This document shows positions 63,663-64,000 of a DNA stretch of 64,000 nt, in pieces. The notes beneath the pieces were generated by a model. That model had not been told where the DNA came from. It did no database searches and saw only the letters and a list, made by a program, of their open reading frames with translations. The translations under genes were made by a program, and so were the position numbers. The stretch is from Phoronis australis (taxonomy: Eukaryota > Animalia > Phoronida): positions 50,738 to 114,737 of the forward strand of contig NMRA01000023.1 of the NCBI GenBank assembly GCA_002633005.1, in the 5' to 3' direction. Position 1 is the stretch's first letter; every line of letters begins with the position of its first letter.

Positions 63663-64000
63663 ACAATCAACTACAATAAAGAACAATAGATGGCCCAGCA
63701 TGACGGACGAGTCATGTCTGTTCCCACATTCTAAAATAGGTGGCGCTATGTGACAGTCTGCAAAGCAAAGTTATGTTTACAATAAATATTTGCCGTGAAA
63801 TTGTACATTCTACAGAGAGCTATGCCACAGTAGGACACTGCTGGCTGGGTCAGTCTGGGTCAACTAGGCATAACCAAAACAAAGCCAGCCAGCTGCGTGA
63901 ATTGGAACAACGGTATCCGTAAATCTCGAATAAATCAAAAAGTAGACGTCGTAGCGCAAAATGAAAATTATCATCTGAAAGCCCGTTCAAAACTCTATCT
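63663..64000 (-). repeat. Inverted copy of the dispersed repeat at 21084-21656, running off the window end
   Basis: aaaagtagacgtcgtagcgcaaaatg, ctgggtcagtctgggtcaactaggca and acaatcaactacaataaa are reverse complements of blocks at 21.1-21.65 kb. Confidence 0.8.

Overview
AT-rich, repeat-dense animal genomic DNA, probably an invertebrate draft assembly, with N gaps near 14021-14036, 24942, 33528 and 40769-40774. There are no prokaryotic features, CRISPR arrays or rRNA. The only host gene I can support is the 5' end of a minus-strand secreted protein with a vitellogenin-N / large-lipid-transfer-like domain: four phase-compatible exons at 9103-8936, 2226-2127, 662-626 and 147-27, continuing off the left edge. 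The main feature is a nearly intact Helentron (endonuclease-encoding Helitron) ORF at 37149-30173 with the order STPR repeats, Zn finger/DUF6570-like, OTU protease, HUH Rep, PIF1 helicase, APE endonuclease. It is split in the ORF track by one in-frame TAA and a 389-bp duplication at an N. It is followed by a 3.6-kb array built from six copies of its own last codons and 3' flank. A spliced OB-fold-like pseudogene (46282-47991) has an inverted partial copy on the other side of the Helentron. Other elements: a complete 547-bp TRIM whose LTRs carry tRNA-type Pol III boxes, Gypsy and BEL/Pao remnants, three L1/Tx1 remnants, a MITE family with 5-bp TSDs, a deleted Kolobok-like element, a long-inverted-repeat element, and several tandem and mosaic repeats. 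All family assignments come from motif recognition by eye, not from database searches.
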